A DNA stretch of 63,143 nt, filler included, from Sphacelaria rigidula (taxonomy: Eukaryota), in the NCBI GenBank assembly GCA_964200075.2. It is 7 parts of 7 records of this genome, joined end to end, with 100 filler letters (N's around TTAATTAATTAA, not from the genome) between each part and the next. Parts side by side here need not be neighbours in the genome. Positions count along the whole stretch, not along the records: positions 9,036 to 17,970 come from CAXNAA020009707.1; positions 18,071 to 27,005 come from CAXNAA020009708.1; 5 more parts are not named here. The stretch is one strand, 5' to 3'. The position numbers were made by a program, and so were the translations under genes. A model generated the notes under the pieces. The model saw only the letters and a program-made list of their open reading frames with translations. It did not search any database and had not been told where the DNA came from. This document shows positions 12,401 through 24,709 of this stretch, piece by piece; position 1 is the first letter of the stretch; each line of letters begins with the position of its first letter.

Positions 12401-13861
12401 TGTGAACCTGATGACTCGATGCCATCCAAATCTGTTGTTTGCCAAGCGCAACGGAAAGAACTTGGGGCCGAAGGTGCGGATGTGTAATCTTTCGAGTCGG
12501 ACGTTGGTACTGCTATCTTGGACAATGAAGGTCTGTTTCATGTGCATGTGCGTGGTCGAGACGTGTTGTGGATTACGAGCTCTGACAAGCAGTTGCAGGT
12601 ACGTCTGATGATTTGCGCGCACATGCGCGACGCCGGGCATCGTGGTGTGGCTGCGACGCTCGTGCGCCTGCAAGAGTTTTGTATCTAGCCGGGGATAGGA
12701 ACTCATGTGCGCGAATTTATCCGACAGTGTCTTCACTGTGCTGGCTCGAGGGCGGACGATGTTGTTCCCCGCCCGCTCGGTGAAACGGTCCATGGTACCG
12801 TGCCGAATGAAGTCCTTTATTTTGACTTCTTGTACGTGGGCGAGATTGGTCCGCTAGCTTCCCAAGGTTTGTCGGAGGATGCTGGGTTTCGAAACATTTT
12901 GGTAATCATGGATGATTTGAGCAACTTCGTGTCTCTAAAACCAGTAGCAGTGTGTACTGCTGAATCGATCTGCATCTTTGCTAAATTGGTGCAAAACTTT
13001 GGGGGTGTTGCGTGTGTGGGTGAGTGATACCGCCACGCATTTCAAGAGTGTGATTTTGGCCCGATTGCGAGAGGCTGTGCACGTTGATCACCGGTTTGCG
13101 GTGGCTTATTCTCCGCAGTCTAACGGCACGTGCGAGCGCACGGTCAAGGAAGAAGTCCTTGCTCTTCGCTATATTCTTCTCGAGCAACGTAGAGCAGTTT
13201 CCGAGTGGGTGGACGTGTTGCATGCGGTGCAATGGGCGCTCAATACAGCGTATCGTCGTCGTTACAATAGTACACTGTACCACGTGAGCAATGCTACGGT
13301 AGAGGTACACTTTTTTCGCGAAATATTGTCTAGTTCAGGTGCTCCTAACAATTCTAGATGCACAGGAATATGGGTCAGGGCATTCCCGTTTGCAAATTCA
13401 TTCGGGATATGCCCAGCACATGAAAGTAGTAATCCTGGCGTACTTTTACATATTTTCATAAGTGGCGTTATGCAAGAGATCAAGGGCTCCTAACAATTCT
13501 AACCTCAGAAAATATTTGTGCACCCCTACCGTAGCATCACTCACGTGATGTTTGATCGTGCTCCTCGGACGTCTTTCTCGATGTTGGCGTCTTCGTCGGC
13601 GGGAGAATGGCATTGTGATGTCTTGGATGATAGTCAAAATATGCGTGCATTGCAAGGAGTCTTGGATTTGCAAGACCGCTTCCACGTTCAAGTGCAGGAA
13701 CGTGTTGCCGCTGAACGTGCACGTAGACGTGAGGGGTCCTCGTCGGAGCTGGAACTGCCGAATTTTGAGGTAGGCGACCATGTCTTGTATGCACGCGTGC
13801 GTCGTCCGGGCGTTACGCTCAAGTTGATGGCGACGTGGCCTGGTCCGTGGAGAGTGGTTGG
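9480..13861 (+). mobile_element. Decayed Ty3/Gypsy LTR retrotransposon internal region (gag-PR-RT-RH-IN)
   Basis: Zinc knuckle HHCGRVGHYARDC (~9698-9737). Mutated protease AVLSYGA..ILLGLPML (~10315-10590). RT KLDLLQGYWKMPL/PQG/IWVDD (11057-11719). RNase H FPDAS..EGFAIV..HISGDRNAWGD (11732-12487). Integrase H..GH..C..C, SDTATHF, PQSNGTCER and GPW. Many stops and frameshifts; no LTR recognised. Confidence 0.95.
13286..13542. mobile_element. 257-bp MITE with GAG..CTC termini and ACGT TSD (Sola-like) inserted in the Gypsy integrase
   Basis: TIRs gagcaatgctacggtagaggtacac / gtgcacccctaccgtagcatcactc. Removal restores ...STLYHVMFDRAPR. Internal direct repeat gctcctaacaattcta. Confidence 0.9.
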
Positions 13862-14074
13862 TTATCCTTGTGGTATTTCTGAAATCCCCACAAAATCATC
13901 CGCGAACATAAATCCTGATACATTATCTTCACCCACCTGAACCCCTTGCTCTGCTGCTTCTATTGCTATCATCAAGGCATTAATAAATACTTTGAACAAA
14001 GTGGGTGGTAACGTACATCCTTCTACAACTCCTTGTAAGATATCGAAATAGCTCGATATTTCCTTTTCTAGCAT
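13862..14074 (-). mobile_element. Non-LTR (LINE) reverse transcriptase fragment
   Basis: LQGVVEGCTLPPTLFKVFINAL...FMFADDFVGI corresponds to the QG..LSP.LF and FADD motifs. It truncates the Gypsy integrase C-terminus. Confidence 0.9.
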
Positions 14075-16049
14075 CGTTCCTATTCTATCGTTCAGAATCT
14101 TACCGGGGGGGGGGAGAGAGAATAGGTAGTGTTCCGCAGTACTTTCCGAGGAGTGGAGTTGTCATTTGTCGAGACAAACGCTTCTTTTTCTTGAAACAAG
14201 TGCCGTTGGGAGTCAGACAAGAGCTCAGCACGGGTGTCGTAAAGGCAGATTTGACACCTTATGAAGCCTTTGTCATTATCCCCCGCTGACAGATCAAAAG
14301 GGGTTTCGAGGTAGGGGAGGATCTGCATTCGTAGCAAGGGTGAGAACTGTTCTCGTCCGCTTTGACTAGGGTCTCAACGCAGTTGCGGTCTTCGGCATGA
14401 GCGTATACCCTCCCTTTACCACCGGTGGGGTCGGTTATGCGGTGGTACGGAGTGCTGACGCCGATGTCCACACCACGCGCAAGACAGAGGAAGGGGACGT
14501 GTTTCTTGGCGCCCTTCGGCACTGACTTCGTTCCCTGGGATAAAGAGACACGGGTGATGCACACGGAGCACCTGTTGATGTCGAACGAATCGGGAGAAGG
14601 ACGAAGAGACGGTTGCGGAAAGTGCAACGAGGAAAGTACGGCAAGAAACGTGGTTGAACAGTGAGTGAGTGCGTGACCAACGGGTGTAGGAAGCAATGAT
14701 ATCAAGTGGTTGGAAAAAGCAAGAACTTGGATAGTAGGTTGCTTTCGGTAATCACGTCACGAGCTGAGCTAGTCTGAAGCATTTTTTGGAGGTTGATCAC
14801 CTTTGCACGGCCCGTCTAAGAGTCTAAAGCTGAAATTTGGGGGGTACCCCTTGATAACCTTACCGTGGTAAATCACCGGCATATTAGTAATTGTGGCATT
14901 TTCCACAATCAGATTTTGAGTATAGGACTGAGGCAAACAAGCAAGTACAGCATGTAGAAGTGAGTTGTATTGCGTAAACACAGAGAAGGTGGGGGATCCT
15001 CTTCTAGCGAACCGTTCTCCATGTGTGTTGAATCGTGGACTGAATTTGAATGGTGTCACCTCCTACGGGAAAGTACAACGAACACATGCATCAATTGGGC
15101 TGGGAACTGGACCAGTTAATACTGTCTATCTCCACTGTAACTGAAGTTACACTGGAAATGGTTACAAGAGCGCCAGTTGTCCACTCTATCTTGGAGGTTG
15201 GTGTGACCGGGTATTTTCATAATAGTTTATTTTGGTGAGTGTATAACAGAGAAACACTGTATATAATTATTAGACTGCACGATTGAAGTCTGCACTCTAC
15301 AGTAATACAGGTACCACAAACTTCGTTGGTACCTTGTTGTTCTGCAGTTTTTCAAGTATTGACCATAGCAGGTAGGTCGACGGTTGGTCAGTCGAATGAG
15401 GAAAATGAAGAAATAGAGAAGCGCGACTCATTCATGGTGGGACGCTTGATGCGGAAGGGGCCCAACTCCAAACCCCAATTGCCAATTGCATGGTGAAGAG
15501 CGTTATGAACATGATGCAGTACATGCACGCTACACCTCGAAGTGATGCAACAAATATATACCTCATCCGAAAGAACAATAACAAACGTGACCCGCTATCA
15601 CAAAATACACGAGCATTCTATTCAACGACAGGCATGTTTTTCGGTCCGGACGAGGGGAACTTTGCACTCTTGTCCCTGGGTACTGCCAGCCTTGGCTTAC
15701 GTGTTCCCATCCTCCGCTCCTCATGGAGAGTCTCTGCTACTGCATACTACAGATGGATGATTTTCGAATCGCTCACTACGTTGAATGACATTTTCGAGCA
15801 GTTACAAGCCTCCTAGCTGGTCAATGTGAGTGGTCACATTTTTACAACTATTTACTTTTTTTGAAGGGGAAGTAAGTCAAACACAATGATTTTTTTGCCT
15901 CGGGCGGCGCTCCCGCGAGGCCGCCCTTACCAGCCGGGGGGGGGGGGGGGGGGGGGCGATTAACTGGAAAGAACATCGATGTACTGGCCACTGGCCCGGC
16001 CAGTTTAAACCTAACTGACCAGAGCTGCTGGTTCACAGCCCTAGAAACA

Positions 16050-16590
16050 ATGCCGTGCTTTGTAGGGTTGGGGTATGTTTGGTAGGGCATGCGAGTCTTT
16101 ACAGAACTTACAGAACTAACGGGTACCGGCATGAAATTCGCACAGGGGTTACACAACCTATCGGTAGGTATAGGAGGCTTACAGAGAATCCAGAACTTGT
16201 CGGGTGAGGAATAAAGATTGCACAGAAAGTCGAACCCGCACCCGGGTATTTTTACGAGGGGATGCCCTAACCCGCGTAGGGGTAAACCTTGTGCACAGAA
16301 AATACAAACCTGTCGGGTAAGGTTACAGGGGGGGTACAACAGTCACGGAACTATCATGGACCGTTATTAGAGTCTTACAGAAGTCACAGACCGATCGAGT
16401 AGGAGTATGAAAGTGTTACTGAAGTCACAGACCTATCGAGTAGGGGGATGAAAGTCTTACAGGTTTCACAGAAATATCGGGTAGGGCAATGAAAGCCTTA
16501 CAGAAGCTACAGAACTGTCGGGTACCGGTATAAAAGTTTTAAAGAAGTCACACAACTGTCGGGTAGGGATGCTGGCAAGATACCCCGGGG
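16050..16590. repeat. Dispersed repeat family with internal ~30-40-bp units (cttacagaa..ctgtcgggta..gtatg)
   Basis: The same family occurs at 41101-41372, 41492-41834 and ~47600-47860. Confidence 0.8.
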
Positions 16591-17889
16591 ACGCCACCAC
16601 CGTCAAATTCGATGGCCTGCACACGTGGACAAATAGCACCCTGTGGGGCACGTCTACAGGGTTAAGGAAAACTGTGCAGTGTTTCTGGCGGGGATTTGGT
16701 CGCAAGGGTTGTTTTGCGCGTCACAGGACGCTTCACAGGGTTCCAGGGAAACTGTGGAGTATTTCTCGCGGGGATTTGACTGTAGGGTATCAATTTTTGC
16801 CACACAGGACGCTTCACAGGGTTTCGTCACTCCCTGTAGTGTTCATTGCTGTTAATATACTGTACAGTATTTTTACGCACACGAAATATGCTTGACCTTG
16901 CAGGGCGGGCGCAGCACTGGTGAAAAAACAGTTCACTTGTGACAGGGGTGGGTATCGAACTCGAACTTTAGTGATAAGGAGGAGAACGCACTGAGCATTG
17001 AACCACCTATAACTTGTTGTTAGAGAGGACATTATTTTTGGGTTTTTAATGTATACATCAAGCACAATAACTTCAGAAACGAAAACATGAGCACCCTCAT
17101 TTTGTAATCTAAAATGGTTGCCTGTTGGCAACTTTGGGGGGGAAGCGCTCTCCCGGGTGTAATTTACCTCTGGAGTTTGACCTTGTGGTCCCAGCAATTT
17201 TGTACTTCAAAGTACTTGTATATTATGTAGTATAGACCATGACCCGATATCCACCCAAATCACCCATGACAATAACACTTTTGCTCTCGCAGCTATGCCG
17301 CACAACCCTATATACTGTCTGTAGCAAAGAGCACGAGTTGGGCACAGGGATATAGATACACACTGCCGTGGTTGAGTATCAGGTATTTCTTGTTGGTGCA
17401 TGGAAACTTGAGCATCTTCTTTCATGGTCGCGCGGCGCATCGCATGGCGACGGATCGATCCGCCAGATGTACGCGAGGTACATATGGCACGCGTACTCAC
17501 CGCATATAGTTGATGCATGGATGCAGGCATCGTCAGCACAAAGCTGCACGTTGTCCACGTCCTTTTCACGTCGCTGTGCAGGCAGAGCACAGATATAGTC
17601 CTGCGCTGTCTGTACTGAACTTTCCCCGCTTACTTTTCATGCCCTGCTCACTACGTGCCGCACCTGTGTGCGCGTGCTGCGTGTGAACTCTGTAGTTACT
17701 ACTGACGGTATATAACAGCCCCCGTATATCAATAAATAAGCTGCAGCATATAGACACATTGCATAGCCATACGTAACGCATATGCCGCGCTCACTCTGCA
17801 GTATATAGCACCGGACGTATAAGCACACGGCATTGCACTGTCCTGTATGGTATTATACAGTTACCGTTGTGATTATATAGACCACGGTT

Positions 17890-17925
17890 GAGTCATTCTA
17901 CGATAGGGGGGGGGGGGGGGGGTAC
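17890..17925 (+). mobile_element. Left TIR of the GAG-terminated (Sola-like) family at a contig end
   Basis: gagtcattctacgatag(g)n matches the TIR of the 13286 MITE and the TIR at 26945. Confidence 0.75.
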
Positions 17926-17970
17926 TCATTTTTTGCTTGCCCCAATGAGGGGAGGACGGCAAGAACAAAA

Positions 17971-18070
17971 NNNNNNNNNNNNNNNNNNNNNNNNNNNNNN
18001 NNNNNNNNNNNNNNTTAATTAATTAANNNNNNNNNNNNNNNNNNNNNNNNNNNNNNNNNNNNNNNNNNNN
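17971..18070. other. Artificial contig spacer
   Basis: N44-TTAATTAATTAA-N44. Confidence 0.98.
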
Positions 18071-18148
18071 CCGTGGCCCCTTCCAACCAATCACCCTTTT
18101 TTTTCGGGCACCCCAAACCCCCCCCCCCCCCGTATCGTAGGATGACTC
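18071..18148. mobile_element. Right end of a GAG..CTC (Sola-like) element
   Basis: (c)n gtatcgtaggatgactc followed by ATAT. Confidence 0.75.
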
Positions 18149-18149
18149 A

Positions 18150-19830
18150 TATATATATATGTATATATTGAACATATTGTTTGCTGCAACTCGAAAAGTT
18201 TTCGACAGCCCAGGCCACGGAGCGTACACACGTGCACCGCTACTGACCAGACAGCCACCTTCCGTGGATTTCCGTGAGAAATTTGGTCCAGCATAAATTG
18301 TTTTTACACAGGTATCTGCACTTCGAAGACGACTAACAGCGCCGGTAAGTAATTGAACATCCGGGATGAAACGGCAACATCGTATGATGTTGATTCAGCG
18401 GCGTTCGTAGGCTTCTGTACTTGTAATAAAAACAGAACTCGACAGTTGCACTACAATCGCAACGGCGACCATCTCTGGGTGCGATTGATTCAAAGTTTTA
18501 ACTGATATATATATATATATATATATATGCTGCCTCCCGAAGTATTCCGGCACCCTGAATCAAGCAACGTTTGCACCATCCGCTAATTGACCAGAGGGCA
18601 ACCTCCCGTGGATTTTCGTAGGAGGTTGGTTCAGCATAGGCATTTGGCCTGCAGACTTATGCACTTCGAAGATGACTCGACAGTTCCGATATACAATCGA
18701 AACGGCAATTGCACATGACAATCGAGCCAGAAGCCTGCTGAATTTTGGGGCTTTTGTTTGCTGCAACTCGGAAATTCCCGACAGCCCGGTCAATGAGCGT
18801 GCATATGTGCAACGCTGCTGATCAGACGGCAACCTCCCACGAAATTCCGTGAGAGGATGGTTCAGCATATTTTTGTTTTTCGCTACACAGGCTTCTGCAC
18901 TTCGAAGACGACGCGACAGCTCCGACAGGTAATCGAAACGGCAACCACACGTGCAATTGAGTCAGAAGCCTGCCGAAATGTGTTGGAGCTCATTGTATTG
19001 CTGCAACCCGGAATCGGCAGCCCGGGTCGAGTAGCGTATGTGCAGACACGCCTTTGACGTATGTAACGCTAGCTGACCAGACGGCAACCTCCTGTGAATT
19101 CCCTGAGAGGTTGGTTCAGCATAGGCATTTCTTTACGCAGACTTCTGCCCTTCGAAGGCTACTCGACAGTTTCGATAGGTAATCGAAACGGCAATCACAC
19201 AGTATAATTGAGTCAGAAGCCTGCTGCAATGTTTGGAACTCATTTTTGACTGCAACCCAAAAAACATTTTCGGCAGCCCGGGTCGCGAAGCGTATGTGCA
19301 AACAAGCCCGAGAAAAGTATGTGCTACACGCTATTTGACCAGACGGCAACCTCTCGGATGTCCTGGAGAGGTTGGTTCAGCACGAGCATAGGTTTCTGCA
19401 CTTCGATAAAACTCGACAACTCCGGGATGGCCCAGAGCGGCAATAGACACACCTGTGTGTGAGTGAGTCAGAAAACATTCAACATGAGAGTAGGTTTTCT
19501 GCACTCCTAACAAACTCGACAGCTCCGGGATGATCCGGAATCGGCAATGCACAAACATGTGCGATTGAGCCAGCAAACCGTGCAGCTTTACTTCCAAAAG
19601 TAGTTACTTCCCCTCGCACGAGCATAGGTTTCCGCACTTCGACCAAACTCGACAGCTCCGGGATGGCCCAGGAACGGCAATACACATATGTGTGTGCGAT
19701 TGAGCCAGAAACATTTAGCATGAGTGTAGGTTTTCTGCACTTCGACCAAACTCGACAGCTCGGGGATGATCTGAACGGCAATACACAGATGTCTGCGATG
19801 GAGCCGTGCAACTTTACTTTCGACAGTAGC
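18150..19830. repeat. Degenerate tandem/satellite-like array (~250-bp units, then ~110-120-bp units)
   Basis: Recurrent gcacttcga..a..actcgacagctccg..at...aacggcaa and gaccagacggcaacctc. A homologous segment lies at ~26615-26944. Confidence 0.85.
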
Positions 19831-20485
19831 TGCTTCCCGATAGCTGGCAGCCTGTTTCACAGTGCGTACAGATATACCACAGTGACCAGACATACCGGTA
19901 TATGTGATAGCACCACGCCAGGAAGCTGGCCCACTGCGCAGCCCCGCCTCCTCCCGCCTTTTCAAGCGCGTAGATGCCCTCGCGCAACGCCCGGAAGCTG
20001 GCCCCCTGCGCAGCCCCGCCTTCTTCACACCTAATCGATAAAACTTGTTGGCCCCTGTCGAACTGGCCCAACTCCTTCTATGCTCTCTCTGTCCACTTTT
20101 TGTGTCTCCAACCTACGCTGATTTGCGTCTCCTTGTGTTGACTATCCGTGGACTTTCCCGCAAAGTGAACGCTTGGGGCTGACTATTCAACTGTTCCTCC
20201 GTGACCCTCAAAAAGCGACTGAAATAATGAAAAGGCGGCTGACTATTTGACTGTTCCTCCGTGACCCTAAAAGAGCGGCTGAACTAATAGACGCCTCTTT
20301 GGCGAATTCCATGTTTGCAATAAACGACGGTTTGCTCTTTCTGAATAAACTTCCCCTTTATTGCTTTTCTTTCGAAACGCCTTTTTCATTAATATTTTCG
20401 GGCCCGAAGGCAAGAGAGAGATAGAGAGAGACGACCGCTTGCAGGGCACGATCTCTGAACCCTTCTGCCATAGACTATCGTGTCT

Positions 20486-20948
20486 AACGCTACATTCGTG
20501 AGATTCAGAGGGTAGTTTCAGATTCAGAGTCAGACCCGAAACAATCGAATTTCCCGTCGATTTCGACATCGCGACAGTTCGAGGAGTAATGCGCCCAGCT
20601 GGTGAAGCGGTGGCTTCAATGACAGCTGTCACCTACGCGATCAATCTGACACATCACGTGATCGCAATGACGTAGTCAGTCCATTGCAACAAAATATCCC
20701 CTCTTTCAGGAAAAGCCGATTAGTGCCTTAAACAGTTTCAGTTCCGAAATGCCCCCCCAGGCGTAAAAATGGTTTGTGCGGTATCTCACCAACCAGACCG
20801 CCGAATTCCTCGAATGGGGTACTGTACGGTAGCTGCATGCACAACGTGTGCTCAAGCAAAAACGAAGGGAAAAAGGTTGCCTGTTAGCAACGCTAGAGCA
20901 TCCACTCTGAATCTGAAACTACCCTCTGATTCTCACGAATATAGTGTT
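20486..20948. mobile_element. 463-bp MITE with AAC..GTT termini and ~45-bp TIR
   Basis: aacgctacattcgtgagattcagagggtagtttcagattcagagt / actctgaatctgaaactaccctctgattctcacgaatatagtgtt. Flanks are GTCT and GTTT, a probable 4-bp TSD with one mismatch. Confidence 0.85.
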
Positions 20949-21164
20949 GTTTCTGCTCATGAAAACTGTCTCTCTCTCTCCCTTAGAACAACTAGGGGGA
21001 CACATAAACGCTCCTAATGTACGTGAAAATCTCGAACGACCAAGTCCCTAAATGGTACTCTACCATTCCTTCACCCATATCGAGGTCGTGGAGGTTTTCA
21101 CTGCATCGGAATTCGCCGCCTCTTTTTGTAACTCCCCCACACAGTTCCTTCCCCTGGTTGTCTA

Positions 21165-22551
21165 TTAACTCCCCTTTTCTTGTCTCCAAGAATGCGCGAT
21201 ACTCGTCGCGAGTATGTTGTTTACAGTGTACGCCTTGTATGCATCTGACTTCCACCTTCCTTCCCTCTGCGCTACTCGATCTGATATTTCTCCCCCTACT
21301 TCCATAAACAAGGTTTTCGTGAGATTGAGAGTTAGGTGCGGCTTGAGAGTGGCTTTGATCACTCGCTTTAACTTGGCCAGTTTTTCATTCCGTGTGTGCT
21401 TTTCGTCGTCTCATCACTGCCATGTNNNNNNNNNNTACTCAGGGGTATCGAGGGCCTCAGTGGCAAGCTACTGCAGAGAGAATATTGGGCCTGGTGGAGG
21501 TGCATGTTGGAACTCAAACGGCGTATTCACTAATTGACCGCTTTTCACTCTCAATCGTACCTTCAACTCTCAATTTCACGAAAACGATGTTCATAGTGGA
21601 TGTCCCTCCGATCCTCAACGAGTGTAAAGCAAAGTCTTTCGGGTCGCGACCCGACTTCTCGACTACCTCTATCAACGCTCGAAGTGCCTCGTTGTACTTC
21701 CATACTTTGACTCCCCGACCATAGCGGTAAGAAGATAGTGGAGCGTCTGCGGGCAATGTCGCGTAGCATGACAACAACTCCAACATCAGAGCAACTGCAC
21801 CGCCGTCTGCTCTGTACCTCGCATGCGGACCGCGAACTTCTTCTAGCGTACGGACCCTCACTTCACCCCTCTGCTCCTGATCCCCTTTGTGGCCCCGGAA
21901 ATGCATCTCTATCCTGTCAGCCTGGCGCCACTGCAAATACTCCAGCTGGGTATCCCCTGAAAAAAACGCCACGCCTCTACGTGTAAGACAATGCATTGAA
22001 TGTACCACTCCCGACGTACTCGCAAACATCTCGTCCGACCGTGTGAGCAGAAAATAGTGCAAGCTCAAGCAAAGCCACAGCACCTTCCCCCCAACGCCCC
22101 ACGATGGGATCAAACATTCTCTGTCCAACAACATCTGCCATGTGACCGGAAGGGGACTTCGACGGCACGTGCCTGTGTCAGCATGCGATCTCGCAATCCC
22201 TTTTAACGCACACTTCACCGGAGACGTGGTGACGACTTCTACTTGTACCTCCATCCTATGAAGATACTGCACCGCCGCAAACTTGCCCGATATCGTACTA
22301 GCTACGTTCCCTTGGAAATCGAAACACCACGCCGCAAAATAGACCAAATCCCAAGTCATCTCTTCGACCGATGTGTCGGCGCCGAAAAGCTTATCCCGGC
22401 CTATCAACCCGCGAAAGAGACACCAAGACCGGAAACCCGCCTCGTAATTTCGTTTAGACGAAGCCGCAATTGACTTTCCGACGAGCTCGACGCCAAGATC
22501 CCGAAAGTAAGGTCGAGAGCTTCTTGCCCGAGCCGCTACTCCTGCCGACAA
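21165..22551 (-). pseudogene. Tyrosine recombinase of the DIRS/Ngaro element, interrupted by a MITE
   Basis: YFLLTRSDE (first Arg), HKGDQ, HSLRIGG (HxxR), then after the insertion EGRWKSDAYKAYT (W and catalytic Y). Confidence 0.92.
21307..21591. mobile_element. ~285-bp MITE with AAC..GTT termini and CATA TSD
   Basis: TIR aacaaggttttcgtgagattgagagtt / aactctcaatttcacgaaaacgatgtt. CATA at 21303-21306 and 21592-21595. Removal restores HSLRIGGTSTMEVGGEISDRVAQREGRW in frame. Confidence 0.9.
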
Positions 22552-24655
22552 ATGTCGGGCCGAAAAGAGTGCAAGTTACGAGCAGTGTCAGCACGGTCCC
22601 ACCTCGAGATGCCATCGGCAAGAGTATTTGCTACCCCTTTGATGTGTTTCGCATGGAACCGCCACCCGTTTCGCATTTCCAACACGCCCATCATTCGCAT
22701 GAGCGCCCCCGACCGTAGCTCTTTCGCCCCCCTACATTTGTTTACCCAGTGAACAGCGCTCATATTGTCCCCTCGCATCAAGATACTCTGCCCGGGGTAC
22801 TCCGGTCGTTCCCCAGCATGCACAGTCAACGCCCACGCCGTCACTACCATAGCCAGCAGCTCGAAAACGTCCATCGACAAATCGTCTCTAGAAAGCACAC
22901 GGGTACGGAGGTGTGCACGTACATCCGGAGTGAAATCTATCCTCCACGATTTCCCGGTTTCCAAACAGTATCCTCCCATGGCATCCCCGCTGACATCGCT
23001 AATGGTTATCAAGCTTGGGAGCTGCAGGAAACAGCACGACGGAGGTGCTTCTAACCGAGTCACACCGTCTACCCCTGTAGCCATATCCAAAATCAACCTC
23101 CAAACAGCCAGGTCATCATGGAATTCTACACCCAGCCGAACGTATCCCCGGCGCTGTGTGCGCCTTGCTACGAATCCTCTGTCGGACGCTTCGCCTGCCG
23201 TGAATGGCGCTAGACCTAGTTGATTTAGAATACGCCGCACGAAAAACTTTCCCGGTCTCACGACCTCACACAAGTGCAGAAGCTTTTCCACCAACGATCG
23301 CACTTTCTTAACCGACGCTTCCTTCCTGTCTACTGGCCATTGGTCTGAAATGCCCCGCAGATTCTCAATCTTGCGCTGTGGGACGGAAATGGTCATCGCT
23401 GCTGTGTCAATCGTCCATCCCAACATTTCCATGCGAGTGTTCCACGACGTCGTTTTTTCGCGCGCAAACAACGGAGGTATTCCAGGTTTCCGACGACTAC
23501 CAAACAAACGAAAACTGTCAGAAGCAAAGGACCGGGTAGCGCGAAGACACCGTCTGCCTGCCAAGAAACTCTCCGCCTCCACGAACAGCGCGTCATCCAC
23601 AAATGTCTCTACCCAAAACTCGTCGCGCAGCCCCCCGCCCACACCCGGGGGATAAACATAATCTCGTGGCAACGCGGCGCGCACCTCGTCTGTTCGAGGT
23701 GGCTCTACGCATACATGTCTAGCGGCTGCACGGCCTTCCTCTGTGACTTCTGTGTTTTGGAAAGTCGTGTTGTTGTGCGCGTGCTGGACAGCTGCCGCGC
23801 CCGCCCCCCACAACGCGGGCGAACTAGTCCATCCAAACTGAAGACACCGGTCTGTTATGACAAATTCCTCGAGCACGTACCCGAACGTCGGCGCCTTATC
23901 CACATCGACTTGAATTTGACGGAACGCACTCTTGGTATCCATTTTGGCAAGCAGAATTCGGGGGGTTCGACATTGGCAACAAATTTTCCGTGAAGGTACG
24001 AAATTCGCCACGCCACATTGCGGAACACATGTCCTCTTTTACACTCCGGTACTGCCGATGTATCAGTATCTTCGTTTTACACTGTTTCCAGACACAGCGT
24101 TGACAAATGATGACAAATGCGAACCTTTGACGGGGAGACAGCGACCGTCATAGGTGATACGCGAAGACCTGGAATAGCAGCAGCTGCGTGACGTGGAAAA
24201 ACAATTGCTCTGCCAAGTAACACATCCTCCACAATTTTTGCCAAAAATTCCGAAGAATATGGTCTGACAGAACTATGGTTTCCATATTGGAGCGCCGCAA
24301 CCAAATCTCCCCGCCCACATACCGCAACCGGTGTCCCAATACTGACAATTTGCACCAAGAGGTCTATGTCGGGAAACTCTTTCACTTCGCCAAACCAACG
24401 CCGAATCAGAGATACATCAACGCGGGGAACTGGTAATACAGTCAGAGTTTCAAGCATACTGCTAAGCGAACCACTTTTGTCTTCCAAAAAACGTTGGCTT
24501 TTTGCTGCTACATTATGGAGTGCTGTATAGGTTGGTCGAGGATCGGCTGAGCGCGCTAACCGTTTTAGCGCTACCGCACATTCTTCCATATCCCCAGCCA
24601 TACCTTGTTGCTCGCTCAACGCCGACCTCGGTCCTCCCGCCTGCTCACCTTCCAC
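22536..24655 (-). pseudogene. RT-RNase H ORF of the DIRS/Ngaro element (frameshifted near 23960-24100)
   Basis: VSPMTVAVSPSKVRICHHLS; KMDTKSAFRQI; LQFGWTSSPALW; FVDDALF; MLGWTIDT. RNase H SDVSGDAMGG, FELLAMV, GDNMSAV, HIKGVANTLADGISR. Confidence 0.93.
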
Positions 24656-24709
24656 GGAAGCCGCGTGCTGGTCCGAGGTTGGCCCCGCCTCGAGGCGAGG
24701 CTCGCACCC

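Noticed and set aside
19380..19830. CRISPR-like repeat-spacer array
   Set aside because: Repeats are degenerate, the intervening sequences are homologous to each other, there are no cas genes and the context is eukaryotic.
21514..22551. Phage integrase or prophage
   Set aside because: The recombinase overlaps an RT-RNase H ORF in the DIRS arrangement, and there are no phage genes.
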